Source: Zancudomyces culisetae HAW-14-8
Lineage: Eukaryota > Fungi > Kickxellomycota
DNA: 64,000 bases
Assembly: GCA_052426225.1 (NCBI GenBank)
Contig: JBNJNM010000021.1
Coordinates: forward strand, 186,001-250,000
Direction of reading: 5' to 3'
In this document: one piece after another, positions 34,915-47,785 of the stretch
Layout of the letters: each line of letters begins with the position of its first letter
How positions within the stretch are numbered: position 1 is the stretch's first letter
Translations under genes and position numbers: made by a program
Notes under the pieces: model-generated
Databases searched by the model: none
Told to the model about the DNA's origin: nothing
Seen by the model: only the letters and a program-made list of their open reading frames with translations

Positions 34915-37900
34915 TTAGAAAGGTGTAAACTGTTTGGGGAAGAAGAATGGCTTGTTACTGGATTGTAACTCATAGTAGCAGGTCCAGTGCAGTTTTTGAA
35001 GAAGATTCAGACGGTTCGTATAAGCAGTCTTGTAGGCCTGAGTATTGGCTTCGATTCTTTCGAGCTGAGCAATATAATCGTTTAATTTTACAAGCGCGGC
35101 ACCATAATCTTTCTTTATATACTCATAGGAGAGTAGCGTATTAAAATAGTTTGCATCAGCAAAGATGGATTTGAGGCTTGAAGAAGATTTAGAAGTTGAG
35201 GCTGAAGTTGAGGCTGATGCTGAGGCGGAGGCAGGTGATTCGACAGCTCCACTGTTGGAATCAAGAGCCCACTTTGCGTATTCATCTAAAGCAGCAGATA
35301 TAGAAGCCAACGAAGCATCACAGGCAGCCTGGTCAGCAAAAGAGTGGGCGTTAAGGCAATGAGAAATCAACATGGCAGAGGTCTTTGCGTGCAAAGCATC
35401 AACAAGAGTGGCTTTGTCCTCAAGAGCCTTCTTTTTGAGATCAGAGTCGGTTTTGGATGGTGTAGCAGAGGGAGGAGAGGGCTTAAGTTTATAGGCTAAA
35501 GCGACAGAATCAATGGATTTGATGAGGTCTTCTGCAGCTGAAAGCAGAGCACTGATGGCATCAGGTGTGATTTTTTCGATTTGAGAATGATGGGGATTTG
35601 CGTCAGAATATGCGGAGGTGGCCTTAGAGGCTAGAAGGTCAAGAAACTCAAACGAAGATTGTGGGTAATCAAGCAGTCTAACCGATAAGATGGCTTTGAG
35701 AAGAGATAGGCTAGAGGGATTAGCGGCACACAACTCATCAATAAGAGCTTGCTGATTGGCTTTGTCTTTGACCTTGGAAAGCAGGGCAACTTTGGTATCA
35801 AAGACGGCATCGGAAACCAACGATTCAGGGGCAGTGTTTGCAGCGCTTTCGGCATCAACAGGTAAACCAGAATCAGAAGAAATTTCCACCTTAACAAACT
35901 TGGAGTCGTCGGGCTGGACAGAGGGTTGTAACGAATCGGACGAAGGTGCAGGTTTGTTGGAGGTCGCAGAATCAACAGCAACAGCACTTGGTGACTTCTG
36001 CGAAGCAGTAGGCAAAGAAAAAGTAGATTTGTTGATAGGAGCGGCCATAACTACATCAAAGGAAGACAGTGAGGTTCCAGGGCTAGAGAATGAGAGCGAC
36101 CCCAAAAATGTGTCACCAGTGGCGTATGTCGAAGGAAGTCGGAGAGTGGATTTGGGAACGCCAACAAAGATGGAGGTCATACTAGACCTATTGATGTCGA
36201 GTATGGGAGCAGTAGTGGAACCAGAGGTATAGGCAGCAGCAAAGGAGCGGAAGATAGGCAGAGAAAATGAAGATGGAATGGCGATGTCGACTAGAAGGGG
36301 AGAAGATTTGATAGCCTCAAGGCGCTCAATGTTGGGGTAGCGAACGAGAACGATAGCGAAATATTCACCCTTTTTGGGAATGTCCACAAATTTCGGATAG
36401 ATAGAAAAGATTCCAAGTCGTTTTTTGTTGCAGTCAAAAATCTGGATCATTTTATCTTCAAACCAGCTGTCATAGACAAAGTTGTCACAGGCTGGGAAAT
36501 TAAACTTGGCTTTTCCGGCCTCCAGATACATTTTGTAAGTCAGCTGCATTCCATAGATACACTGGCCATTGAACAATACGTCGCGGTCCGTGCTAAGCGA
36601 GTCAATTCTACTAGATTGTGGCAGTACGTATTTCCGGAGAGTCGAAAGATCCAGTCTTGGTCTGACGCTTTCGACACGCGAGATATTGCTGTAAAGATCG
36701 ATTTTTGTGCTTGGTGCATTTCCGTCAATATAGATAGAGTTTTTGGCACCGCCAGTGCACATGACATTGAGTCCGCTAAACTCGACCCGCATGTCAATGG
36801 TGTGACAGTCGATTTGGCTCCAGAATTGACCAATCACCAACTCCATAGTCACACCACCTTGGACAGACATCGTATGCACAAACTTTTGAGCAGGATCTCT
36901 GCCAGACTGGCTGGTTCCCGACCCAATCTTAAAGTATTTTTGATACTCATGTACTTCGTGTCTTTCTTGAGAGAGGAGCTGTGAAAGGTTGATGATAAAT
37001 GAAACAGGCGCTCCAGATGTAGGGTTGCGGCTGGTCACAGTCACAACCACATTAGTCGCAAAATCTGGTACACCAATGTATATGCGTTTCAGCTCAGTGG
37101 GCTTGAAACTCATGTCTCTAAACTCCACAGCTGCAGAGCTGTCGACGCACATGGGTTTGGCAACTGTAACAGGAATGGTAAGTACCGCACCTCTGCATGG
37201 GTTACCAGCCTCAAATGCCTGAATTTCTGCATAGTGTAGCTCGCCAGCAGCTAACCCTTTGCAGTTTATGGCAGCTCGGAATGTCCTGGTTGACGAATTT
37301 ACAAACAGAAAGTCGGGCACTTTAACCCATGACTTGCTGGAAACTAAAACCAAGCGCTTCTCAAACACAAACTTGTTTCTTCTGACTCGCTCGCGAGCAT
37401 CATTATCTACATCACAACCATTGTCTTTATCAGGTGCAGACATAAACTTGGGCTGAATTGTAATGTCTTCAACGTTATCCTGCGTACAGTCACCCATATC
37501 GCGATAATAGATTCCTCTGCCTCCTCCACGTGAATCTACAGAAATACGATACGCTACGTCTTGGTCCTTATCATTTGCATGCTCGCAAATAAAGTTCCAT
37601 GCCTTTTCTGTCTGAATAAATCCTATGTTCAACAGTGTTCCCACATCCTTTGACGTGTTTCTAATCGCTGTCTTCACTCTGTATGGGCTAACATTAATCT
37701 TGTTGCTTTTCATCGCAGATACCAACAATGACAAGCACCCACACACGTTGGGCGATGACATTGAGGTGCCATTGATCATCTCGTATTTTTTTAGCGTGTA
37801 TTCTGGATACGATGCCACTGCAGAGCCAGGCCCGTAGATATCAACTGCTCTATCTCCATCAAATGTAGGCCCCAGTGATGACCATGTATATGGCGTTTCG

Positions 37901-39539
37901 CTGACCTCGTCCAACAAAAAGTAGTTTGCATTCATTTGTTGGTGGCCCACATATGCTCCAACCCCAATGACATCGTCTGTGGTTCCTCCAGGCGCACCAC
38001 CTGTCGACAGTCCTGGACCGCTGTTTCCTGCAGATGACACGAAAATACACCCGTACTTTCTTATCACCTCATCTCTCAGTAAATTCACCCAGAATCCCGA
38101 GTTTGCTACAGTTATCGACTCTCCATAACTCATGTTGGCAAGGTCAACTCTATGCTCAACCAATGACAGCAGTGCTCTACTCAACCCTGCGCCCACTTCT
38201 AGTGATCCCAGCCTATGGTCTCCAATTTTCAACGATATCAGCTGTGCTCCGGGTGCCACTCCATTCATCTCTGGCTGGTTTGGGTGATTTCCTGCCAGAA
38301 TCCCGGCTACGTGTGTACCGTGTGATCCTGCTGCTGTGACTATACTCACTATCCTTCCTTCATCATAGATCTTGATTGAATAATTGAACAGTTTGGATTT
38401 ATCTAAAAGGTCATATTCCCTCCCTACCTTGTAATCCTTCATTGCCTTCTTTCCTGTTAGATCATTGCTGTTTGGTGTGTTATTCACCACTACCCTGTAA
38501 TCCTGGCCATCATGGAATAATATCACATCAAACACAGGACCAAAGTATTCGTACTCTGCACACAATGTCTTTATAGCCTTGAGTCTGGCATTCAGCTCAA
38601 CTTCCAACGGTGTTTCCTTTTCTCCCTCTTTTCTGCTTTCGCTGGCCTTTGCCAACTCCTTACGCAAACGATACACTATTTCTTCGTGTTTTTTCGTTAT
38701 AGTCTCTTTATTTTCCTATTAAACCATTTTTGTTATTTAATTAGGTTTTCTTGTTATTAAATAAATAGGATTTTATACAAGCCTTTTAATGTAATATATT
38801 CAACTCTTTAAACATTTATATAAATAGACATAAACACAAATACAAACGTGTATAATAACAAATATACAAAAAAACTTACACTGCCAACTACATCAGCCAA
38901 ATCAGTGGGCATAAGCTCAAACAACGCCTTCATACCTACGCGAACTTTACCTGAAGGAATGTTCCAGCTGGGATCCAGAATCAATTCATTTCCAGACGCA
39001 CCAATCACTTTCAAAACCTTCTTTCCTTCACATTCTGAGCTGATAATATCCTTTTCTGCGCTCATATGAACGTCACCCGAGTTTGTACAATCGACAATGT
39101 CAATTATTTTTGGTTTGGAATCTGATGTTACCTAATTTATTTTATTTAAACACATGACCGTTTAAATAAAATACTTTTTTGATATAAAGACCGTCTTTTG
39201 TGTGAAATAACACAGCAAGTTATACACATATATATACATACCTGCATTCCAAAAGCTCCTGGATCCACACCGGTATCTAAGATAGCTACCACCGTACCTC
39301 TACCGTCATACTGTGGATACTTTTTTATGAATGCATTAGCTTGGGTATCCTAGTTACAAATTTTATATATCAATAAAAGTTTATGTTAGTTTTCAGATAT
39401 ATATTAGTTTTATGCGTGTAAAAGTACTCGAATTCTCTTATGGTTAAATTTTGAAGGATTCATAGTAACAATTATAACATACCTCAGTTGGCATGAGCCC
39501 TTCGGTTGGGAATTTGGGTAATGTCAAAAGTTTGCTCAT
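34915..39539 (-). CDS. TPP2: Tripeptidyl-peptidase II (subtilisin S8 family), 4 exons
   Basis: Spliced N-terminus [19 protein letters not shown]|[36 protein letters not shown]|[16 protein letters not shown]; intact triad DTG / SHGTHVAGI / NGTSMSSP; KIGDHRLGS. Confidence 0.96.
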
Positions 39540-41150
39540 TATTTCTGTTTCTCCTTTGTTTCGTTTGTTTTGTTTATTTTTTATCTTATTTTATTTTTTG
39601 GTCTGTATTAATACTTGTGTTAGCTCGGAGTGGTGATAGAGTACTCTGTCAAAAATTTATCTGCTTTTCTCTTTGGTTTGTTTTCTTTTGCTTTATATTA
39701 TTTTCTCTAATATTTCAAAAGTTTCTTGTAATGTGATTAGAGAAATCCACTGTTATGTTTTATCAGTTATATTTAATTTTATTCTTTATGCAATACTATT
39801 AATAGTATCCTTTTTGCTATTTCCTACAGATATTTAGTTTTCAACGCTCGACTTTGGTTTTTAACTTTTGGCGCTAATAATCGTTAAATTCTTGGCCATG
39901 AAAATTGAGATTGAATTTGGATTACGTATTTGAGTTTTAATTTAGAACCCTGTTAATACCAGTGGTTAATTATTGTTTTGTTTTATCTGCTTATTGTTTT
40001 ATATTGTTTTGTTTCGTTTGTTTCGTTTGTTTTGCTCGTTTCGTTTTGCTTCTAAATAATTTGAAAATTTGAAAATTTGAAAATTAATGGTCAAAACTAA
40101 AATGCAACTAAAATAAAGAAGCTCGTGGTCCAGAATATCTCAAAGTTGGTAGTAAATTTTATAATCTTTAATTTTACGATGAAATATGCATCTTTCTCTC
40201 CTCTTTTATATGAGTCTGCTATGTTCTAAAAGCAAATACATTGCAAATACTGAGCGCCTTTATTTAAAACTAATAGCATCTCAAATTATTTCAAGCCTAT
40301 ACGAGGTACTGCATTGAAGTTCGCCATTTACATATTCTTGTAACTTGCTAAAGTCACTAGCATAGACAGCGCAGATCTTTTACAAAGCCGTAAGGGTTTT
40401 TCAGAGAATATACCCTGCTAGCCTGAAAATAGCAGTGATAATATAATAAGAAAAAAGCTGATGAGGTGAAGAACCATACAAAAATGCACTGACACAATTT
40501 AACAGATTTTCAGGCAAGATTCTTCAACCTAGTTTACGCCAGGCCCCACGTTTATTGGCGAATGTGCACAATTTTTGGGAAATTAATAAACAACTGAGAA
40601 TCGCGGAAGGTAAATATGCCGAAGGAATAACGATATCAGAGAATTTCGTGACAAAGTCTGTTTGGGCCACTTTATCACAAAACAGAAATATAATTAATTT
40701 GCTCATTTTTCAGTTTTCTCACTGATTTTTTCCCCATTATTTTCGTCATTTCACCACACCGGAAGAAAGCTCATTTCATTTTCAGTAAAATTATTAAAAA
40801 AATGAGCAAAATAAAGAATGCTTTTCACAACAAAATGAACAAAAGGGGATTTTGGATTAAAATTGCGCTTGTTTTTTTATACCCCTTTTGAATCTATCTA
40901 AACTTTGAATTTCTAATCCAAATGGAAAAATACCGCGGAAAACAGCGGTTAATAAAAAAAAATACCAGAAAAAGCAATATAGCCAATAACACCATTTTAC
41001 TGGAATTAACACATTATAAGCCTATAAATCACAAAATATCATGATTGAAAAAAAAGCGCTCACTACTTTGTCAAAGGTAAAAAGGGTTCATTGTATTCAA
41101 CTCAAAATTTTAGCGTTCAGGGTAAGCCTTGAAAAATATAAGAAATGTAA

Positions 41151-41259
41151 AGGGAGAGGGAGAGGGAGAGGGAGAGGGAGAGGGAGAGGGAGAGGGAGAG
41201 GGAGAGGGAGAGGGAGAGGGAGAGGGAGAGGGAGAGGGAGAGGGAGAGGGAGAGGGAGA
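41151..41259 (+). repeat. (AGGGAG)~18 perfect polypurine hexamer repeat
   Basis: About 109 nt of uninterrupted GGGAGA units. Confidence 0.97.
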
Positions 41260-41710
41260 TGGAGAGGAACCATAGGTTCTCAATGAAAAACCGGGTGAGC
41301 AATCAAATTAGAGATATAGATCTAGGTGAAAATATAAACTCTACAATCGCTATACATCATTAAATCTGTGAAGTATCTTTGCGAAAAAAGAGCAGTGAAC
41401 ACAAACTTGGATATCATTTTACATATTATGTACTTAAAAGACAATTGCTTGTTACTTTGTATATCCAATTTTCCCTTATTTTGTTCGTTTCTTCAAAGGA
41501 GGCAGAGAGGGAGAGGAGGGTAAGTGTGTTTCGATCAATTGATATAGTTCTGAGATTGTATTTCTGGTAAAAATTAATAAAATATATAAAGTTTAATAGA
41601 ATAACTTTGAAAAGAGAAAAAACAGTTACCGGAAACAATGAGGTGTTTCAAACAAAGGAAAATGACTAAACAAATTAAAGCCCATGTAAAATGGATGAGG
41701 AGAGTAATAT

Positions 41711-44206
41711 TCACAAAGTAGAAAGTCTATTCAATTCAAAAATGTTATCATCACATAATGTGCCAACTTCATCCAGAGATTTTGCAACTGATTTTTTCAG
41801 TGCCTTTAATGTAGGAATAAAATCAAATGAATTGGCCTTCAACTGAGAAAAATTCTTGCTATTCATCAAGATGCAGGAGATCCAAGTAAGATGAAGTTGG
41901 ATTTTCGAGGCTGGTTCATCAAAAACTGAAACAATAAAACTCAAGAGGCGCAAAATATAGTTGCTAGGTAGTTGGCTAGCATAGTGAGAAACCTGGTTGA
42001 CATCAGGAATTGCGTTATATACATAGGCTATTATACCACGCTCACCCAGCTTTAAAGAACATACCAGAGCCTTCAAATAATCGTTTTGAGAGACTAGCAG
42101 ATCGTTGATAATGTAATCTGGTGTGATTTCAATGTCAATGTCAAAGGGGTCGAAATAAATGGTGGGATCTAGTGAGTATATTACAAGGCCCAAGTTGGAT
42201 GCTGCAACACAAAACTGGTGGTTGGAAGGGCTGAACCTAACCGCGCGTGAGGTGACTGCCTTTTGTGTGGAGCGCTTTGAAATATCGTGGGAGTTTTTGC
42301 TTGGAGGAAGAAGCTGGTTGGGGCCAGCAGAAGTCATATCCTTGCTGTTAAGAAAATCAAGCATGGCGTCAAACGAAAAGTTGTTGCAAAGCTGGAAATT
42401 CTTAACTAGTGCCTTGGAATCAACGTGATATAGGCACAGATTGTTTGTATTTCCACCACCCAAAAGCAGCTTTCCATCAGCCGAATATACAACGCTAGTG
42501 AAACATTTTCCAAAAGTTGAATTTTTGGAAGCCCGAAGGTCTGAAGCCTTTCGTCCTCCCGCAATGTCTTTTTGCCCTTCAATTGAACCAGAACTGACTC
42601 CAGTTGCCACATCCCAAAAGTGGATTGATCCGTCAAGAGTTGAGCAGGCAAGCGCCTTGCAATCAGGACGATAACTAACCGATAAGACCTCAAAGCTATG
42701 TGCTAGTTTCTCTACTGCCTTAGAACGGGTAAAAACATCCCACAAGCACACTGTTTTATCCCATGACGACGATGCCAGCTGAAGGCCATCGGATCGGAAC
42801 TCAAGAGCCGACACAGGACCTTGATGCCCACTCAACACGTCAAGGAGTCGGCCGGTTTGCATGCTCCATACATAAATTTCAAAACTGTCCTTACACCCAG
42901 CACACACAATGTCACCGCTGCCGTCCACAGCTAAACAAGAGAACTGTACAGGTGTTGGTGCTGCAAATGTTCGGAAGTTACGATACCGAACCAAATCGAA
43001 TGCACGTACTGTTCCATCCAGCGATGCCGATACTACTACCTGGCTGTTTTTTGTAAATACCACGTCACTAACACTTGCAGAGTGATTTGAAAATGTCACA
43101 AAACAGTATCCTGTACCCGTTTGCCATACTTTTACCTTTCCATCATCTCCACCGGTTGCAATATACTGCCCGTCACCCGAATATGCAGCTGCGCTCATAT
43201 CGTATGTGTGACCTTGTTGTTTCAATACATAACTTTCGCTTTGCCATTCCCATACCAACAACTGACCCAGCTTGCTGCTGCCCAATGCCAGCCACTCGCC
43301 ACTATTGTTGATAGCCGCTGTGTTAAGCACATGTTGTGAGATAGAAAGTGTTTGAATCTTTTGCAGGCTAGGTAGCTCCCACAGTCCAAACACTCCATTA
43401 CTAAACCCTGCCACCACCATATCATGCCGCTCGTTGTATCCAATGCTCGTAACCGATGCCTCGTTAATGTGGAAATACAAATGCCTTGGTGTAGACCACT
43501 TTGTCGGCATTTTGCTTGGAAATTCAACTTCTTCACCTGTTTCCACGCTTTTATGTTTGCGTTCTGCCACTGCCCCATCCTCGCTTACCGTGTAAATACT
43601 CTTTCCATCCTTGCCAAACCACGCTGCTATCACTGCACGTCTATGCCCCATAAATACTGTTGGCTCAAAGCCCTCTATTTTGTCTGCCGAATATAGTTTT
43701 GCACTCATGTCTTTGGAACAACTTATAAAAAACCGTGAATCTTTGCTCCATTTTATACTTGTCACAGCATCGTGGTGCCCAGAGTATTTTTTATGTAGAA
43801 CAAATGGTGCAAACTCAATCTTTTCTACTCCAGGTGTTTTCCATATTTCTATCCGTTTCCCAACACCAACTGCAATATACTTTCCATTTGGTGAAAACTC
43901 TGCACACGTTGCTTGTCCACTAAAGTTATTTCGATGTATTATCGTTCTTCTTTTGAAATTTACTAACATCCCCTTGCCATCCTCATCAATAGTCAGTAGT
44001 ACCCTTGCGTCTGAAGATAACGCTATGTGTTCTATGTTCTTATGTGCCTCAAATGGAAATGTTTCCGTCTTGTTGTTCACCAAATCTATCAGTGTTATTC
44101 TATTTCCAACTGGACTAAGTAGACTATTCCCATCTGGCGTAAACACCAGATTTCCTTTCTCGTATATAGTACCGCATAAGTTTGTAAACCTGTAATCGAT
44201 TCTCAT
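41711..44206 (-). CDS. PWP2: Periodic tryptophan protein 2 (Utp1), SSU processome WD40 protein
   Basis: Likely start ATG 44206 (MRIDYRFTNLCGTIYEKGNLVFTPDG); KLGQLLVWEWQSESYVLKQQGH, RAFDLVRYRNFRTF, FDPFDIDIEITP. Confidence 0.97.
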   Translation of the reverse strand: MRIDYRFTNLCGTIYEKGNLVFTPDGNSLLSPVGNRITLIDLVNNKTETFPFEAHKNIEHIALSSDARVLLTIDEDGKGMLVNFKRRTIIHRNNFSGQATCAEFSPNGKYIAVGVGKRIEIWKTPGVEKIEFAPFVLHKKYSGHHDAVTSIKWSKDSRFFISCSKDMSAKLYSADKIEGFEPTVFMGHRRAVIAAWFGKDGKSIYTVSEDGAVAERKHKSVETGEEVEFPSKMPTKWSTPRHLYFHINEASVTSIGYNERHDMVVAGFSNGVFGLWELPSLQKIQTLSISQHVLNTAAINNSGEWLALGSSKLGQLLVWEWQSESYVLKQQGHTYDMSAAAYSGDGQYIATGGDDGKVKVWQTGTGYCFVTFSNHSASVSDVVFTKNSQVVVSASLDGTVRAFDLVRYRNFRTFAAPTPVQFSCLAVDGSGDIVCAGCKDSFEIYVWSMQTGRLLDVLSGHQGPVSALEFRSDGLQLASSSWDKTVCLWDVFTRSKAVEKLAHSFEVLSVSYRPDCKALACSTLDGSIHFWDVATGVSSGSIEGQKDIAGGRKASDLRASKNSTFGKCFTSVVYSADGKLLLGGGNTNNLCLYHVDSKALVKNFQLCNNFSFDAMLDFLNSKDMTSAGPNQLLPPSKNSHDISKRSTQKAVTSRAVRFSPSNHQFCVAASNLGLVIYSLDPTIYFDPFDIDIEITPDYIINDLLVSQNDYLKALVCSLKLGERGIIAYVYNAIPDVNQVSHYASQLPSNYILRLLSFIVSVFDEPASKIQLHLTWISCILMNSKNFSQLKANSFDFIPTLKALKKSVAKSLDEVGTLCDDNIFELNRLSTL

Positions 44207-44330
44207 TCTGCAAATATAACATATATTATCTCTATTTTGCCTTTCTTCTCTTTTTAAATCTATAGTAGCTATGCCCAATACTCCTCTATTTGATTTTATA
44301 TACCTGGATCAACTAATTTTGTGCCCATCT

Positions 44331-44354
44331 AAAAAAAAAATTTTTTTTTTTTCA
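44331..44354 (-). promoter_or_regulatory. RRPE-like element upstream of PWP2
   Basis: Minus strand TG-A12-T10 about 125 nt upstream of the ATG. Confidence 0.45.
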
Positions 44355-45378
44355 CCAAGCAATTAAAACTGAAAAAAAATACATGTAGACAAAAAGACCA
44401 ACAAAAAAAAAATCAAAATCTCTGCAATTCTGAATCGAAATTCTTGCAACTACTCGTAAAAATTTTTATCCACCTCTCTCCCCTCCACCCACAAATTTTT
44501 GCAAGTAAGTAATGCAGTAAGTGTCAAAACTGAAAAAATCGCTTTTTTTTTTTGAATAGGCGAGGGGGATGTATTTCAACAGCCTGCATTGAATTGTCTA
44601 GATTTCTATTTCGAAGCGCACCAAGAATTTAAAAGGATAGCTCTAACTTTAACGATTCAATTCCAGTTGTCTCTTCATTGCATTACGAGGTAAGATACTC
44701 AGCATTTAAATATCCCCGATTATTATTTTTTTTTTTTCGACTCTTGTTGTGATGAAATTGTCTAGTAAGATGAATCATTGCTCTTGTAATAACCATCTCT
44801 GTTAAATTTTGTTTGTTTTGGCCTTTCGTGGAAACGAGATAATGAAAACAATAAAGCAAAACATTACAAAAGTGAACAAAGATATATTCTAGCGATCGAA
44901 TGGTTTTGCGAATGAATACATCTATCGTACAAGTACATGCTCCCTGTACGTAAATCTATCTCGTGCAGGTTATTTTTTCGTACATTAGTATTCTCTGTTA
45001 CAATTCATCCTTAACCATATATTTCGAGGCTAGTCTTCTTGAGTTTTCTTTTGGAAAGTGTTTTCTAGGGTTCATTTTCTCCAGAAACATTGACAATCAA
45101 TAACAGGATTGGATTTTTGCAGTAGTAGAATGCTATATATATGATTTTTCTAATTGAAATGAGGCAGATATCTGAACATGTCCTAATTTTTTTTTCAAAC
45201 ACAATGCTTGCGCAATGGTGCGTTTGCACTCTGTGTATACTTTATATCAATAACATCTCTATTCTCTCGATTTTTCAACAATAAAAAACTAATATCATAT
45301 AACTTTGAACGGATATCGATAGATAATGTAAACAATCTAAAAGCTAAAAGGTAGCCAAGTAGAGCACCTAGGATGTAA

Positions 45379-46629
45379 TTACTGTCGCTTGGAATCATTG
45401 TTCTTTTTGCTCTTTATTCTTCTGTATGCACCGCTTTTTTTGTCACCTTTCTTTGCACTGGTGGGCCTAACCGAGCGTGCTCCCTCCAGGAACTTTCCAG
45501 ATGTCTTTTTGTTTGTATTTTTTGACCCTTTACTGCCCATCTTATCACCGGCGTTTTGCATCGACGCCTTATATCTAGAAACTCTCATTTCTCTGCTGGC
45601 TTTTTCATTTTCTGTTGGCAACTTTGATTTGTTTAATTCCAAAGCCAGTGGGACAGCAGAGATATCTCTAAATGTTATATATGCTATCCCTTTTCCCATC
45701 CCCGTAGCAGAATCTCTGACTACTCTGACGTTTTCAATTTCACCACACTTTTCAAAGTGCTTGTACAGCTCTTCTTCTTTACAGTCAAATTTCAGATTTC
45801 CTATGAAAACTGTTCTTTTTTTGTTTTGCTTGATGGTGTTTTCGTCTTTGGCGCTGTTGTTTGCTAAATCGACTCGCAAATGGCGCTCTTCAAATACTAT
45901 CCCATTTAGTTCTGTACATTTTTTTGCCGCCTCTACAGATTCCATTACAAGATATCCATTACATGTATCTCTTTCAGAGTGATACTTATCCTTGATCACC
46001 GCCACCCGCTTATTCAATGCAACTGAAAATCCAATTGATCTGAACCTAATACTTTCTACTTTGCCACACTCTTTAAACAGATCCTTTAGGTTTTTGGTCA
46101 TTTTCTTGTCCTTCAGAATCTTAACAGTAATATTGCCTATAAACACTGTTCTTTCGTTTTTTGCTTTTCTTTCCGCTTCCGTCTCTTTAACGCCATCTTT
46201 TGTACTTTCTGGCTCTTCTATCTGGTCAGTGGCACTTTCTTCATTCTCATTCTCATCGCTTTTTTCTGAATCCTCCTTGGTTTCTTTGCTCCGCTTTTTA
46301 TCGGAGGTCCTCTCCTCTTTTTCCTGTTCGGACTCTAATTTTCTTTTTTCTCCTTTTTTGGTTTTTGGTTTGCCCTTCTTTGATCCAGCTCCATCATTTG
46401 TGTTTAGAGCACCTTCAGCTTCTGGTTTTTTACCCGAGTCGGTTTTTTTGTCTAATTCATCCTGTGATTTCTTTAGATTTTGCAAGACTTGCTGAAATGT
46501 TTTTTGCTCTTTGCTAAAAATTGTGTCTATGCTTTCACTTTTTTTTTCACTTTTACTTTCTTTTGAGTTTTCTTTTGCAGTTTCATTGAACAACAACTCT
46601 GATATTAACCCTGCTTTGTATTCTGCCAT
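45379..46629 (-). CDS. NOP12: Nucleolar protein Nop12 (two RRMs)
   Basis: ERTVFIGNI..GKVESIRFRSI..RHLRVD; RTVFIGNLKF..VRVVRDSATGMGKGIAY; FLEGARS in the basic tail. Confidence 0.93.
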   Translation of the reverse strand: MAEYKAGLISELLFNETAKENSKESKSEKKSESIDTIFSKEQKTFQQVLQNLKKSQDELDKKTDSGKKPEAEGALNTNDGAGSKKGKPKTKKGEKRKLESEQEKEERTSDKKRSKETKEDSEKSDENENEESATDQIEEPESTKDGVKETEAERKAKNERTVFIGNITVKILKDKKMTKNLKDLFKECGKVESIRFRSIGFSVALNKRVAVIKDKYHSERDTCNGYLVMESVEAAKKCTELNGIVFEERHLRVDLANNSAKDENTIKQNKKRTVFIGNLKFDCKEEELYKHFEKCGEIENVRVVRDSATGMGKGIAYITFRDISAVPLALELNKSKLPTENEKASREMRVSRYKASMQNAGDKMGSKGSKNTNKKTSGKFLEGARSVRPTSAKKGDKKSGAYRRIKSKKNNDSKRQ

Positions 46630-46761
46630 CTTTTTTCTTCGTTTGTGCTTTCAACTAGTTTCTTAAATTACCTTTTGTTTTTCTTTCCCTTTTGTCTTGG
46701 TTGACTAACATTAAATAATGGATCAAAAATTTTACAACTGCATTTCCTGACCAAAATATAC

Positions 46762-46776
46762 AAAAAAAAATTTTCA
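46762..46776 (-). promoter_or_regulatory. RRPE element upstream of NOP12
   Basis: Minus strand TGAAAATTTTTTTTT, matching the TGAAA[AT]TTTT consensus, about 135 nt upstream of the ATG. Confidence 0.55.
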
Positions 46777-47455
46777 CGAGTGGTTCAGATGATTTGAGAA
46801 CCAATCGAAAATACGAAACTTTTGGGGAAAAAAAACCAAAGTATGGGCGGGTTGGTCATATTGAGACCTGGTAAATAGCTCATTTTGATCATTAAACTGA
46901 GTATTTGAAGATGAGGACTCAGAACATAAATATCGTAAGAGTGCTTGATACGGATGTTAGCTATAACGAAAATAAAATTTAAATATAGGTCAAGTTGGAT
47001 AGCTTGAATCAACATTTTCTATGAGAACTGCCAGGTAAATTAAATGGATAATTAGTGACAGTGTTATTTTATAAATATTGGTGCAGCAGGCCGTCTTTTT
47101 TTTTGAAGGCAACGACATCTCATAAAGAATTCCATTGTTCAAGTTTATTTCATGTAGCTCATTTATTAGTAAATACAAGAAAAGACACTAAAAATATACA
47201 AGAAAAAGCTAGAACAAAACTAAGATACATTGAATCAGAAATACACAGCTGCTTTATGTTACTCTCTATTCCTTTTTTTTTTGGTTGAAGTTATATAAAC
47301 TTTATACGAGGAGGGCAAAAAGCAAGGAAGAAAAATAGATAGAAATTGAGTATACCAAGGCATAAAAGCCCAAAAAGTGAAAAATGAGATCTGACACTCT
47401 TCCGCCAAATCGTCCACTTTCTTGGCTCCCTTTGACATATAATAAGTTGTAGTTT

Positions 47456-47785
47456 TCAGCGATAATCTGGACAATTTGTTTCAAACCCACTAGAACAATG
47501 CTGCCCCCCTTCCTGATTTTTGGTGCTTATAGTCTCAGTATCAATATACTGGCTCTCGGTAGAACCTGAGCCGATATTCTGCATATTATATTGCCCATAT
47601 GTTGTAGATTTGATCAGGGTGTAAATAATTGTAATATCCTTGTTTAATTTTCTGAGATTGTCAATTATTTTGTAGAGATCGTTGGTGTTTAAATCTACAA
47701 GCAGTTTGTTTACCCTTTGGATTTCGCTATTGACTTTTTCGTACTCAGCAATCAGCTCTGTTTCAAACATCAAATCATGAACCAT
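47456..47785 (-). CDS. DAD3: DASH/Dam1 complex subunit Dad3-like
   Basis: FETELIAEYEKVNSEIQRV..IIDNLRKLNKDITIIYTLIKSTTY parallels the Dad3 pattern LEQEVLDEY..ILDGLRxLExK..LVFTLLKASVY. Confidence 0.7.
   Translation of the reverse strand: MVHDLMFETELIAEYEKVNSEIQRVNKLLVDLNTNDLYKIIDNLRKLNKDITIIYTLIKSTTYGQYNMQNIGSGSTESQYIDTETISTKNQEGGQHCSSGFETNCPDYR

Noticed and set aside
41041-41302. ORFs encoding poly(GR) / poly(SL)
   Set aside because: These are by-products of the stop-free hexamer repeat; there is no other coding evidence.
3843-46517. Many antisense ORFs inside long genes (e.g. 25107-25763, 43611-44195, 45389-45982)
   Set aside because: These are shadow frames of well-supported sense genes and their low-complexity codon usage.
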